24,209 nt of DNA from an uncultured Holosporaceae bacterium (GTDB lineage: Bacteria > Pseudomonadota > Alphaproteobacteria > CAISOG01): assembly GCA_903887035.1 (NCBI GenBank), contig CAISOG010000074.1, forward strand, positions 1-24,209. The letters are read 5' to 3'. Within the stretch, counting starts at the first letter, position 1. The number at the start of each line of letters is the position of its first letter. Positions 1 to 8,875 of the stretch are shown piece after piece. The notes under the pieces were generated by a model that did not search any database, was not told where the DNA came from, and saw nothing but the letters and a program-made list of their open reading frames with translations. A program made the position numbers and the translations under genes.

Positions 1-174
1 GGGTACAGCAGGGAGGGGCAACGATTGCTGGAGCATTTAGGGCTGCAGGTTGATCCCGCCGCCACCACCGATTGGGGGCGTTTTTATCGCCACACCATGG
101 CCAGCCGTGACCAATTCTTCTGGCCAACCATCCGCCAAACCGGCATTGATCAGCTGATTGAACCGCTGGCTTAG
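1..174 (+). CDS. 3' end of a protein of unknown function (partial, enters from the left edge)
   Basis: Frame 1 is open from base 1 to TAG at 172-174 (GYSREGQRLLEHLGLQVDPAATTDWGRFYRHTMASRDQFFWPTIRQTGIDQLIEPLA*). Composition is protein-like and it converges on dnaG. It is absent from the ORF track because the start lies outside the window. No family recognised. Confidence 0.5.
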   Translation, partial: GYSREGQRLLEHLGLQVDPAATTDWGRFYRHTMASRDQFFWPTIRQTGIDQLIEPLA

Positions 175-192
175 GGGGTGGATGCGGTAGGT

Positions 193-218
193 GGATTCCC
201 ACCTTCGCAAAAATGACG
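193..218 (-). repeat. Degenerate CGTC-tagged REP-like palindrome
   Basis: Minus strand reads CGTCATTTTTGCGAAGGTGGGAATCC. It shares the GTCATT...GGGAATC frame with the 14448 copy and resembles the alphaproteobacterial CGTCATTCCCGCGAAGGCGGGAATCC type recalled from memory. Lies between convergent genes. Confidence 0.5.
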
Positions 219-232
219 ACCTTTTGCCCTGA

Positions 233-2215
233 TTAGGAATTGTCCTGCTGCCAGATTTGTTGGCGCCGTTGTTCCTGGGCAAGGCGTTGTTTCTGAAAGC
301 GTTCCCAGGCCTCTTGATCAGGAAATTCGCCGGGGGTGGCAATGGTGTTCAGATCAATATCGACCATCAGGTGGTGCCAATCAGCCTGCCACCGTTGCCG
401 CAGGCTGATGCTGTCGGTTAGGCGTTGATAGGGCGCCAGAATGTTGTTGATGGCGGGTTGTTGCAGCAGGCTGATGCCATCCTGCATGCCACGATTTTGC
501 AGCTCGATCAGCAGGGCTTTGGTGTTGAGGGGGGCGCACAAAGCCTCCGCCATTGCGCCGCGCAACCGATCCAACGCGGGATGCTGCAGGGGCAGCTGCA
601 TCGCCTCCTCCGCGACATCCGCCCACAGATCAGGATGATCCATCAGTACCCGCAGCAGGCTGGCCACCTGCAACTGTTGCAATCGGGCGGGCGGCATGGG
701 GTGCAGGCTGCTGGCGCTGAAGCTGTCAAAGCCATCCTGGGCGTTTTTGTTGGCATAAGATCGGCGGTTTTTGCCGCCATCATTGTTTTTGCTTGCGGCG
801 CCAGCGTTGGATTTGCCCGGCAACTGATGCATCGTTTGCTGATAGGGCGCCAGCCACGTCGCCAATTGTTGCGCCAGCGCATGATGATATTCCTGCCGCA
901 GCACGGGATCGGGGATCATCCCGATAAGGTCGCGCACCAGCCGATGCAATTTGGCGCGCGCGGCGGGCTTGGTCAGATCCAACCCCTCAGCGTTCAGGCT
1001 GACAATCGCTTGCTCCAGCGTAAGGGGGGCATCTTGCAGCTTTTGCCAAGCCGATTGGCCATGGCGTTGCAACAGGCTGTCGGGGTCATCGCCCGTAGGC
1101 AGGCGGATGTAGTCAAGCTGTCGGCTTTCGGTTATCAACGGCATGGCCAGCTGCAGAGTGCGAAGGGCTGCCCGCCGCCCCGCTGCATCACCATCCAGGC
1201 AGATGGTCAGGTGATCGCAATGGCCAAAAGCCAGGTGCAGATGGTCGGCGGTGATGGCGGTGCCTAGGGGGGCAATGGCGATGGGAAAGCCCGCCTGATG
1301 CAGGGCGATAACGTCCAAATACCCCTCCACCAGAATTAGGCGGCGTTGGGATGACCCCGCATGGGGCATGGATGAATCCGTGGATCCCGCTGCCGCACCC
1401 TTGGTTTTGGCCGAATCTTTAGCCGAATCTTTTACCGATTTTTGGCCAGCCTGCCGGGCTTGTTTAACCTGATGCAGGCCATAAAGTATGTGACTTTTTT
1501 GGAACAGGGGGCTTTCAGGGGAATTGAGGTATTTGGGCTGATCCCCCGATAACACCCGCCCCCCAAAGCCACAAAGCCGCCCGCGATCATCGCGAATGGG
1601 AAAGATGATGCGGCCGCGAAACCAATCAAAAAAGCGGTTGTCGCGCTTGCCCAACAGGCCAACCTCCACCGCGGCCGTGGTATCCAGCTGCTGTTTTTGC
1701 AACCAATGACTCAGCGGGTTGCCATCACTGGGGGCAAAGCCCAGCTCAAACTGTTCGATGGTTTGTTGGCTTAGGCCGCGTGCGGTCAGATAGGATCTGG
1801 CCGATGCCCCCGGCGATTCGGCCAGCTGTTGATGAAACCACTGGCTGCCGCGCTCCAGCAACTGACGCATCTTATCGGATTTGTGCTGTTGCTGCTCCAT
1901 CCGCGCTTCATCGCCTGGATTGGTGGTGGGCAGGGGCAGGTTCGCCTCCGCCGCCAGCGCGCTAACCGCCTCAGCAAAAGTTTGGCCGTGATAGGCCATG
2001 GCGAATTGGAACAGATCGCCCTTAGCCCCGCAGCCAAAGCAATAGTAAACGCCCTTACCCTCACTAACTTGAAAGGATGGACTTTTTTCCTCATGAAAGG
2101 GGCAGCGGCCAACCAACCTGTTGCCAGTCCGGCGTAGGGCGACATGGCGGCCAACATAGCTAGTCAAGGATACCCGATCGCGTATCTGTTCAACAAAATC
2201 GTCCGCAAACCGCAT
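233..2215 (-). CDS. dnaG: DNA primase
   Basis: CHC2 zinc finger CPFHEEKSPSF...YYCFGC, catalytic core FRGRIIFPI/KYLNSPES, Toprim VEGYLDVIAL...GTA...DGDAAG. Start placed at ATG 2215 (MRFADDF) rather than the ORF-track start 2257. Confidence 0.97.
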   Translation of the reverse strand: MRFADDFVEQIRDRVSLTSYVGRHVALRRTGNRLVGRCPFHEEKSPSFQVSEGKGVYYCFGCGAKGDLFQFAMAYHGQTFAEAVSALAAEANLPLPTTNPGDEARMEQQQHKSDKMRQLLERGSQWFHQQLAESPGASARSYLTARGLSQQTIEQFELGFAPSDGNPLSHWLQKQQLDTTAAVEVGLLGKRDNRFFDWFRGRIIFPIRDDRGRLCGFGGRVLSGDQPKYLNSPESPLFQKSHILYGLHQVKQARQAGQKSVKDSAKDSAKTKGAAAGSTDSSMPHAGSSQRRLILVEGYLDVIALHQAGFPIAIAPLGTAITADHLHLAFGHCDHLTICLDGDAAGRRAALRTLQLAMPLITESRQLDYIRLPTGDDPDSLLQRHGQSAWQKLQDAPLTLEQAIVSLNAEGLDLTKPAARAKLHRLVRDLIGMIPDPVLRQEYHHALAQQLATWLAPYQQTMHQLPGKSNAGAASKNNDGGKNRRSYANKNAQDGFDSFSASSLHPMPPARLQQLQVASLLRVLMDHPDLWADVAEEAMQLPLQHPALDRLRGAMAEALCAPLNTKALLIELQNRGMQDGISLLQQPAINNILAPYQRLTDSISLRQRWQADWHHLMVDIDLNTIATPGEFPDQEAWERFQKQRLAQEQRRQQIWQQDNS

Positions 2216-2395
2216 GGATGCCCCTATCTTTCCGCTTTTCCGCCGCCCGCCTATCATCCTACCCGTGTAGGGTTATGATGCCTGGCCAGCCGTGCGCCAG
2301 CCTTGTGATATTATGCACCAATTTTTGGTGTTTGCGAAAGCCATCTAACCGTCGTATAGAATGGGTATCTCGATACGTCACCAACGATTCCTATC

Positions 2396-2974
2396 ATGAC
2401 CACGAAAACACCAAACTCTTCCAATTCCGATGCCGCCCTTGCTGGCGGGCATGAGGCCACCACCGCCAGCCGCCGCGACTTTCTAACCATGGCCGCGGGG
2501 GGCATGTGCGCCCTGGGGGCGGGGGTAGCCCTGGTTCCCTTTGTCGACAGTATGAATCCCGCCGCCGACACCCTGGCCGCCGCCAGTATTGAGGTGGATA
2601 TTTCCAAGGTGCAGCCGGGGCAGGGCATGACGGTCAGCTGGCGGGGTAAGCCCGTCTTTATCCGTCGCCGCACGCCAGAGGAAATTGCCGAGGCGGAGAA
2701 GGCTAGCCTGGCCGACCTTAAGGATCCCCAGGCCGATAAGGATCGGGTGCAAAAGCCCGAATGGCTGGTGCTGATTGGTATTTGCACCCATTTGGGCTGT
2801 GTGCCACTGGGGACTAAGGCGACCGAGACTCGTGGGGAGTATCAGGGCTGGTTCTGCCCCTGCCATGGGTCGGCCTATGACACCTCTGGCCGTATTCGTC
2901 AGGGTCCCGCCCCCACCAACCTTGAGGTTCCCCCCTATAATTTTGTCAGCGATACGGTGATAAAAATTGGCTAA
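2396..2974 (+). CDS. petA: Ubiquinol-cytochrome c reductase Rieske iron-sulfur subunit
   Basis: Tat-type SRRDFL plus transmembrane helix, Rieske boxes CTHLGC and CPCHGS, GPAPTNL; first gene of petABC. Confidence 0.98.
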   Translation: MTTKTPNSSNSDAALAGGHEATTASRRDFLTMAAGGMCALGAGVALVPFVDSMNPAADTLAAASIEVDISKVQPGQGMTVSWRGKPVFIRRRTPEEIAEAEKASLADLKDPQADKDRVQKPEWLVLIGICTHLGCVPLGTKATETRGEYQGWFCPCHGSAYDTSGRIRQGPAPTNLEVPPYNFVSDTVIKIG

Positions 2975-3020
2975 GTTTGTTTGCTAATCGACCCCCCGAT
3001 ACATTCATAAAGGTGTTTTC

Positions 3021-4226
3021 ATGTCTGCCCCTAACGCCCCCCAAAAACCCGGTTTAATTGGTTGGTTGGATTACCGACTGCCCATTTTTGGCTTTATGAA
3101 TAAGGAGTTGCGGCAGTATCCGACCCCGAAAAACCTCAGCTATGCCTGGAACTTTGGCTCGTTGGCGGGCATCATCCTGCTGATTATGATTTTGTCGGGG
3201 TTGTTTTTGGCGATGAACTACACGCCCAGCACCGATAAAGCGTTTGACAGTGTTGAGCGGATCATGCGCGATGTCAATTTCGGCTGGTTGTTACGCTACA
3301 TCCATGCCAATGGCGCCTCAGCCTTTTTCGTGGTGGTCTATCTGCATATGGCGCGGGGGCTGTATTACGGATCCTACAAAAGCCCCCGGGAGCTGTTGTG
3401 GATTATCGGCGTGGCGATTTTGCTGTTGATGATGGCGACCGCCTTTATGGGTTATGTGTTGCCCTGGGGGCAGATGAGCTATTGGGGCGCAACCGTTATC
3501 ACCAATTTGTTTTCTGCCATTCCGGTGGTGGGGGATGATATTGTGACCTGGCTTTGGGGTGGTTTTTCGGTGGATAACCCAACGCTGAACCGCTTTTTCG
3601 TGCTACACTATCTGTTGCCCTTTGTGATTCTGGGCGTGGCCTTTTTGCACATGATCGCGCTGCACACCCACGGATCCAACAACCCCACAGGTTTGGATGC
3701 GAAGAAGGAGGATAAAATCCCCTTCCACCCCTATTACACCATCAAAGACCTGTTCGGGTTAGGGGTGTTTTTGGTGCTTTTCGCGCTGTTTGTGTTTTAT
3801 GTTCCCAACTATCTGGGGCATCCCGACAATTACACGCCCGCCAACCCGTTGGTGACGCCCGCGCATATCGTGCCGGAGTGGTACTTTCTGCCCTTCTACG
3901 CCATTTTGCGGGCGGTGCCTGACAAATTGGGGGGTGTCATGCTGATGTTCGGCTCGATAGCCCTGCTGGCCGCGCTGCCCTGGCTGGATCGTCATCCGGT
4001 GCGCAGTGGCCGCTATCGCCCGCTGTTCAAAAAGTTTTTCTGGCTGTTTGTGGTCAACGCCCTGGCGTTGGGTTGGGCGGGGGGTAAGCCGGCTGAGGGG
4101 CACTATCTGCTGATTGGCCGCCTGTGCACTGCCTATTACTTTATTCATATGCTGGTGGTGTTGCCACTGCTGAGCAAATTTGAAAAGCCATCCCCCCTGC
4201 CAACCTCAATCGCGGCGGCCTCATGA
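3021..4226 (+). CDS. petB: Cytochrome b
   Basis: [41 protein letters not shown] and PEWYFL motifs. Confidence 0.99.
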   Translation: MSAPNAPQKPGLIGWLDYRLPIFGFMNKELRQYPTPKNLSYAWNFGSLAGIILLIMILSGLFLAMNYTPSTDKAFDSVERIMRDVNFGWLLRYIHANGASAFFVVVYLHMARGLYYGSYKSPRELLWIIGVAILLLMMATAFMGYVLPWGQMSYWGATVITNLFSAIPVVGDDIVTWLWGGFSVDNPTLNRFFVLHYLLPFVILGVAFLHMIALHTHGSNNPTGLDAKKEDKIPFHPYYTIKDLFGLGVFLVLFALFVFYVPNYLGHPDNYTPANPLVTPAHIVPEWYFLPFYAILRAVPDKLGGVMLMFGSIALLAALPWLDRHPVRSGRYRPLFKKFFWLFVVNALALGWAGGKPAEGHYLLIGRLCTAYYFIHMLVVLPLLSKFEKPSPLPTSIAAAS

Positions 4227-4258
4227 CCATGACCATGACGATGACCATGACCATGACC
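4223..4258 (+). repeat. Hexanucleotide tandem repeat (ATGACC)x6, third unit ATGACG
   Basis: Read directly: atgacc atgacc atgacg atgacc atgacc atgacc, encoding [12 protein letters not shown]. Confidence 0.97.
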
Positions 4259-5023
4259 AAACGATCCTTAGTTTTTGTCGCCCTGTTGCTGGCAGCTATG
4301 GCGCAGCTGTCGCCCGCGCAGGCGGCTGGTGAGGCGGAACCATTGCCCCAGCATGATTGGAGCTTTGCGGGGCCCTTTGGCACCTTTGACCGTGGCGCTT
4401 TGCAACGGGGGTTTCAGGTGTATCGTCAGGTTTGTTCTGCCTGCCACGGCATTAAGCGGGTCGCCTTTCGCAACCTGGCCGATTTGGGCTATTCCGCTGA
4501 GGAAATTAAGGCGATTGCCGCCGAGTATCAGGTGACCGATGGCCCCAATGATGATGGTGAGATGTTTCAGCGCAAGGCGACGCCCGCCGATCGTTTCCCC
4601 AGCCCCTATGCCAATGAAAAGGCGGCCAGGGCGGCCAACAATGGTGCCTATCCGCCCGATCAATCGTTAATTGTTAAAGCCCGCCATGATGGGGCGAACT
4701 ATGTCCGCGCCCTGCTGTTGGGCTATGGGGAGGCACCCGCCGGCATGAAGGTTCAGGACGGCATGCATTACAACAAATATTTTCCTGGCCACCAAATTGC
4801 CATGGCATCCCCCCTGATGGAGGGGGTGGTGACCTATCAGGATGGCACCCCCGCCACCCAGGAACAGATGGCCAATGATGTCGTCACCTTCCTGGCCTGG
4901 GCGGCGGAGCCAGAGGCTGAAGCGCGCAAGCGGATGGGGCTTAAGGTCATGATCTTCTTGGTGCCGATGACCATCGCGCTGTATTTGTTGAAGCGCAAAA
5001 TCTGGTCACGGGTTAAGCATTAG
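4223..5023 (+). CDS. petC: Cytochrome c1
   Basis: Signal peptide, [16 protein letters not shown] (CxxCH), distal IAM, C-terminal transmembrane anchor ending [14 protein letters not shown] overlap with petB stop; six candidate ATGs. Confidence 0.98.
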   Translation: MTMTMTMTMTMTKRSLVFVALLLAAMAQLSPAQAAGEAEPLPQHDWSFAGPFGTFDRGALQRGFQVYRQVCSACHGIKRVAFRNLADLGYSAEEIKAIAAEYQVTDGPNDDGEMFQRKATPADRFPSPYANEKAARAANNGAYPPDQSLIVKARHDGANYVRALLLGYGEAPAGMKVQDGMHYNKYFPGHQIAMASPLMEGVVTYQDGTPATQEQMANDVVTFLAWAAEPEAEARKRMGLKVMIFLVPMTIALYLLKRKIWSRVKH

Positions 5024-5070
5024 GTCATTAACGCGAATCCACGCCATCTGGTTGAAACGAAAATACTTTA

Positions 5071-5245
5071 TAGTCGTTTCAATTTAGAAATATCCAGCCT
5101 GCGAAAATGTTACGAGGTCGAGAAACGGAGCGGCCAGGCGCGCCATAGCGTAGCGACGGCGGGAGTGTACACGGAAGTACATGAGCACCGTATCGCAGAG
5201 ATCGTGATATTTGCAGCACTGGAGATTTTTAAAGTGGAATGACTA
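5071..5245. mobile_element. MITE / Rickettsia-palindromic-element-like non-autonomous element
   Basis: Imperfect ~45 bp terminal inverted repeats. Left TAGTCGTTTCAATTTAGAAATATCCAG versus reverse complement of right TAGTCATTCCACTTTAAAAATCTCCAG, 22/27 identical, continuing with gaps. TA at both ends (5071-5072, 5244-5245). Inner palindrome TGTAC-N6-GTACA at 5166-5181. No transposase. Confidence 0.72.
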
Positions 5246-5247
5246 AC

Positions 5248-7848
5248 CTAGCGGCGACCACGCCTGCCAGGGGTTTTGCTGCCCGAACGGCTTTTTGGCC
5301 GTTGCCCAGCTGAATCATTGCCCCCACGGCCAAATCGGCTGCCCGCCCTGGCTTCACGGGCGCGATGGTCGCCATCATAATCGGCTTGGTAATCTTGGTC
5401 GGTGCTTGATGCCCCCCGTTCCATCGCCGCCTGTTGGCGATACGCCCAACTGAGAATCAGATTGCCGGTCAGCATGTCGATTTCCTCAATCTGACACAGC
5501 AACATATCCCCCAGCCCCAGGCTGCTGGCACCCGTCCCGCTGCCCTGGGTCAGGCATTGCCTGGCCGCATCAAAACGCCAATAGCCGCGAGGCAGCAGGC
5601 TCATCGGCATAAATCCCTCCGCCCCATAGGCCGCAATGCTGATAAACAGACCGGCGCGGGTCACGCCATTGACGCGCCCGTCCACCAACTGCTGCCCCTG
5701 GGCGGCCAGATAGGCTATGGCATAGCGGCGAAAGGCATCGCGTTCGGCGGCGGCCGCCCGCCGTTCGGTGATGGACAGATGCTGCCCCACCTCCTCCCAC
5801 CTTGCCAGTGGCCATTTGTGGCCATCGTCAATGCCCGCCTCCCCCAACCCAATAGCGTGCAGCAGCATGCGGTGCACCAACAGGTCGGAGTAGCGGCGGA
5901 TGGGCGAGGTAAAGTGGGCATAGTTGGCCAGATTCAGGCCGAAATGGCCGATGTTGGTCGGGCTGTAGACGGCTTGCGATTGCGACCGCAACACCAATTC
6001 ATTGACCATCGGCGCGGCCGCTGTGCCCGACACCGCCGCCAACGCCTGATTCAGGTTGTGTTGCGTTATGCCATCGGCGTGCCCCAGGCTGATTTCCATT
6101 TCCCGCAGCACTTGTTGCAAATGCTCAATCTTCATTGGGTCGGGGCGGTCGTGAATGCGGTACAGCAGGTTCAGCTTAGCGTCCTGAATGGTTTCGGCCG
6201 CGCACACATTGGCCATCACCATCAGTTCTTCAATCAGCTTATGACTGGCCATCGAGGTGGTTTGGGTAATCGCGCTAATCTGCCCCGCCGCATCAAAGCG
6301 CACCTTATATTCGGGCAGTTCAATGTTCAGCGTGCCGCGCTTGGCACGCAGCCGTAGCAGGCGGTCAAACACCGCCGATAGAGGCGTAACCAGCTGCAAC
6401 AACTCCACCTCCGACAAATCGGTTTGCACGCTGGCCGCCAGCGGGCGATCGCTGTCCGTTATCGCCGCGCTTTCCTTAGCTTTCGCAGCCGTCTTTGCAG
6501 ACTTTGCCGCAGATCCTTTCCCCGTCCCCTGTTCCTGCGCCAACACATCCAACAGCTGTTGCACCTTGTTATAGGTCAGGCGGGCAACTGATTGCATCAG
6601 GCCGCGCACAAAGCGATGGCCAATTTTCTGGCCATGCTGATCCAGGGTGATTTCCACCGCCAAACAGGCGCGCGCTTGGTTGGGCAGCAGGGAGCACCAT
6701 TGGTTCGACAACGCCTCAGGCAGCATCGGCACCACCCGATCGGGAAAATAGACCGAGTTGCCGCGCGCCCGCGCCGCCACATCCAACGGCGATTCGGCGG
6801 GCACATAATGCGCCACATCGGCAATCGCCACCATCACCTTAAAGCCGCCAGGGTTGGCGGGGTCGTCATCCTGCTGCGCCCAGACGGCATCGTCATAGTC
6901 GCGGGCATCCTCCCCATCAATGGTCACCAGCGGGATATGGCGCAAATCCTGGCGCAGTTTGGCATTTTTGGGCAGGGTGGGGGCTGTGGCCGCCTGCGCC
7001 TGTGCCAATGCATCGGCGGGAAAATCAACAGGAATGTCATGCTGATGAATCGCCAGCAGGCTGATGTTGTTGGCGGCCTCACTGTCACCCAATACTGCCA
7101 ACAATTTGCCAGGAATCCAGCCTAAACGGCGGTTGGGGGCGGCGGTAATCGCCACCTTCAGCAGCCATCCATCGCCCAACTTATGTTCCAACACGCATTG
7201 ACGATCCAGCTTCACGGGAATGGCCTGGCGCCGATTGATTGACCAGACCAGCCCGCCGTCATGATGGCGTTCAAACACCCCAACCACGGTTTCGGTGGTG
7301 ATGGTTGGCAAAATACGGATCAGCCGCACCAGCACCGACCCATCCTCCTGCCGATGCAGGCGCGTCAGCACCCGTTGCCCAACCGCCAGCGGTAGACGAT
7401 TGGGGGGCAGCAGCAGTCGCCCCAAATTTTTCCAGGCGGGATCGTCGGCCAAGCCGAACAGATCCCCATCATCGCTTTCCTCCACCACCTCTAAGGTGAC
7501 CAGGCTGCTGGGCATGGCGTTTAACCACCCCTCATCCTGCTCAGCGGCTTCGGGATCACGCAATTTTTTTTCTTGCCAACGTTTCAATTTTAAGGCCTTC
7601 CGCACTTCGGGTTTGTCCAGCCACTGATCATCCTGCGCAATGGCCGCCAGGGCGTCGGCCGTGCTGATTTGCGCGGGTGGTCGGCTGACCGTTTTGGTCA
7701 CTGTTTTGGCACGCAAAGCCTGCCTGGCCGCACGGCTGGGTTTGCTGCCTGTCTTGCTGCTGGGCTTTTTGCTGCCCGTTTTGGGTGGTTTTGTAGGCAA
7801 ATTGCCGCGACCTTTCGCCATCAATGGCTTTTTGTGTTGGGGGCTCAT
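5248..7848 (-). CDS. rnr: Ribonuclease R (RNB family)
   Basis: Basic N-terminus, cold-shock-like domains, RNB motifs TIDGEDARDYDDA, DRVVPMLP, HKLIEELM, HFTSPIRRYSDL, then S1 and a basic tail. Start uncertain (ATG 7875, 7848 or 7821); 7848 has a G-rich RBS-like stretch. Confidence 0.95.
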   Translation of the reverse strand: MSPQHKKPLMAKGRGNLPTKPPKTGSKKPSSKTGSKPSRAARQALRAKTVTKTVSRPPAQISTADALAAIAQDDQWLDKPEVRKALKLKRWQEKKLRDPEAAEQDEGWLNAMPSSLVTLEVVEESDDGDLFGLADDPAWKNLGRLLLPPNRLPLAVGQRVLTRLHRQEDGSVLVRLIRILPTITTETVVGVFERHHDGGLVWSINRRQAIPVKLDRQCVLEHKLGDGWLLKVAITAAPNRRLGWIPGKLLAVLGDSEAANNISLLAIHQHDIPVDFPADALAQAQAATAPTLPKNAKLRQDLRHIPLVTIDGEDARDYDDAVWAQQDDDPANPGGFKVMVAIADVAHYVPAESPLDVAARARGNSVYFPDRVVPMLPEALSNQWCSLLPNQARACLAVEITLDQHGQKIGHRFVRGLMQSVARLTYNKVQQLLDVLAQEQGTGKGSAAKSAKTAAKAKESAAITDSDRPLAASVQTDLSEVELLQLVTPLSAVFDRLLRLRAKRGTLNIELPEYKVRFDAAGQISAITQTTSMASHKLIEELMVMANVCAAETIQDAKLNLLYRIHDRPDPMKIEHLQQVLREMEISLGHADGITQHNLNQALAAVSGTAAAPMVNELVLRSQSQAVYSPTNIGHFGLNLANYAHFTSPIRRYSDLLVHRMLLHAIGLGEAGIDDGHKWPLARWEEVGQHLSITERRAAAAERDAFRRYAIAYLAAQGQQLVDGRVNGVTRAGLFISIAAYGAEGFMPMSLLPRGYWRFDAARQCLTQGSGTGASSLGLGDMLLCQIEEIDMLTGNLILSWAYRQQAAMERGASSTDQDYQADYDGDHRAREARAGSRFGRGGNDSAGQRPKSRSGSKTPGRRGRR

Positions 7849-8047
7849 TCCCCCCCCAGGAATTCTCGTTATCATTGTACCCTGGCGGCGACGCGCATGC
7901 TACAGCAAAATGATGGGGGGGTATAAGTTCAATTTGATTGGTTCAAAAGCACTTTGGGTCAATTAGGCGTGGCATCCTAATAGCCATCATGCTATCCATT
8001 AGGCCATAACAATTGGGCTAACCATCAAGATTAGGGAGTGGGTTACG

Positions 8048-8872
8048 ATGAAAACAGCGGTATTGGGCGGTACAGGCCGCATGGGGCAGGCGATTTTGTT
8101 GGAATTGCAAAAATCTCCGCTGTTTGAAATTGGCGCGGTGGTGACGCACCCCGATCATCCGATGATTGGCAAGGATGTGGGCGATATGCTGCGTCTGGAT
8201 CGCATGGGGGTGACGGTGACCAGCGATGTTCGCGCTGCATTAGAATCCTGCGAAAACGCTATTGATTTCAGCACGATTAAGGCCACCATGACCAACCTGC
8301 GCATCGCCGCCGATTTGGGCAAGGAATTGGTGGTCGGCACCACCGGCCTGAACGAATCGGATCGGCAGGAAATGTTGGAATTGTCCGAACGCACCGCGAT
8401 TTTGCATTCCGAGAATATGAGCATGGCGGGCAATGTCATGCTGTTGCTGTTGGAACAGGCGGCCAAGCTGTTGGATTCTGACTATGACGTGGAAATTTAC
8501 GACCTGCACCACCGCCATAAGTTGGATGCGCCCAGCGGTACCGCCCTGATGTATGGCCGCGCCATTGCCGCCGCCCGTGGGGTAATCTTTGCCGATGCCG
8601 CCCGTTTCGGCCGCGCCCAAACCAGCTTTACGGCCAAGGCACGCATCAAGGGGGAAATTGGCTTTGCCAGCCAGCGCGCTGGCGATGTGATTGGGGAACA
8701 CAGCGTCCATTTGGCGGGTGAAGATGAAATCCTGACCCTGACCCACCGCGCCACCAACCGCCAATTGTTCGCCAAGGGTGCCGTGTTCGCCCTAAGTTGG
8801 TTGGAGGGGCAACGGCCAGGGCTGTACACCATGCGCGACGCCCTGTTTGGCTTGGCGGGGGAGCCGATCTAA
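8048..8872 (+). CDS. dapB: 4-hydroxy-tetrahydrodipicolinate reductase
   Basis: Rossmann VLGGTGRMG, IDFS, VVGTTG, HHRHKLDAPSGTA, RAGDVIGEHSV; GGAG RBS at 8035-8038. Confidence 0.96.
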   Translation: MKTAVLGGTGRMGQAILLELQKSPLFEIGAVVTHPDHPMIGKDVGDMLRLDRMGVTVTSDVRAALESCENAIDFSTIKATMTNLRIAADLGKELVVGTTGLNESDRQEMLELSERTAILHSENMSMAGNVMLLLLEQAAKLLDSDYDVEIYDLHHRHKLDAPSGTALMYGRAIAAARGVIFADAARFGRAQTSFTAKARIKGEIGFASQRAGDVIGEHSVHLAGEDEILTLTHRATNRQLFAKGAVFALSWLEGQRPGLYTMRDALFGLAGEPI

Positions 8873-8875
8873 GCC

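Noticed and set aside
37-342. 101 aa minus-strand ORF after dnaG, considered as a possible rpoD start
   Set aside because: No sigma-70 region 1.1 features. It overlaps dnaG out of frame and is antisense to the more protein-like open frame at 1-174.
425-1267. 280 aa plus-strand ORF; likewise 5434-6357, 6592-7125, 8240-8764 and other long antisense ORFs
   Set aside because: They lie opposite confidently identified genes, have no motifs, and are the expected antisense shadows of GC-biased coding sequence.
5024-5242. 72-codon open frame continuing in frame after the petC TAG (possible readthrough)
   Set aside because: PetC already ends with a normal cytochrome c1 C-terminus after its membrane anchor. 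Most of the open frame belongs to the palindromic element, and no recoding signal is evident.
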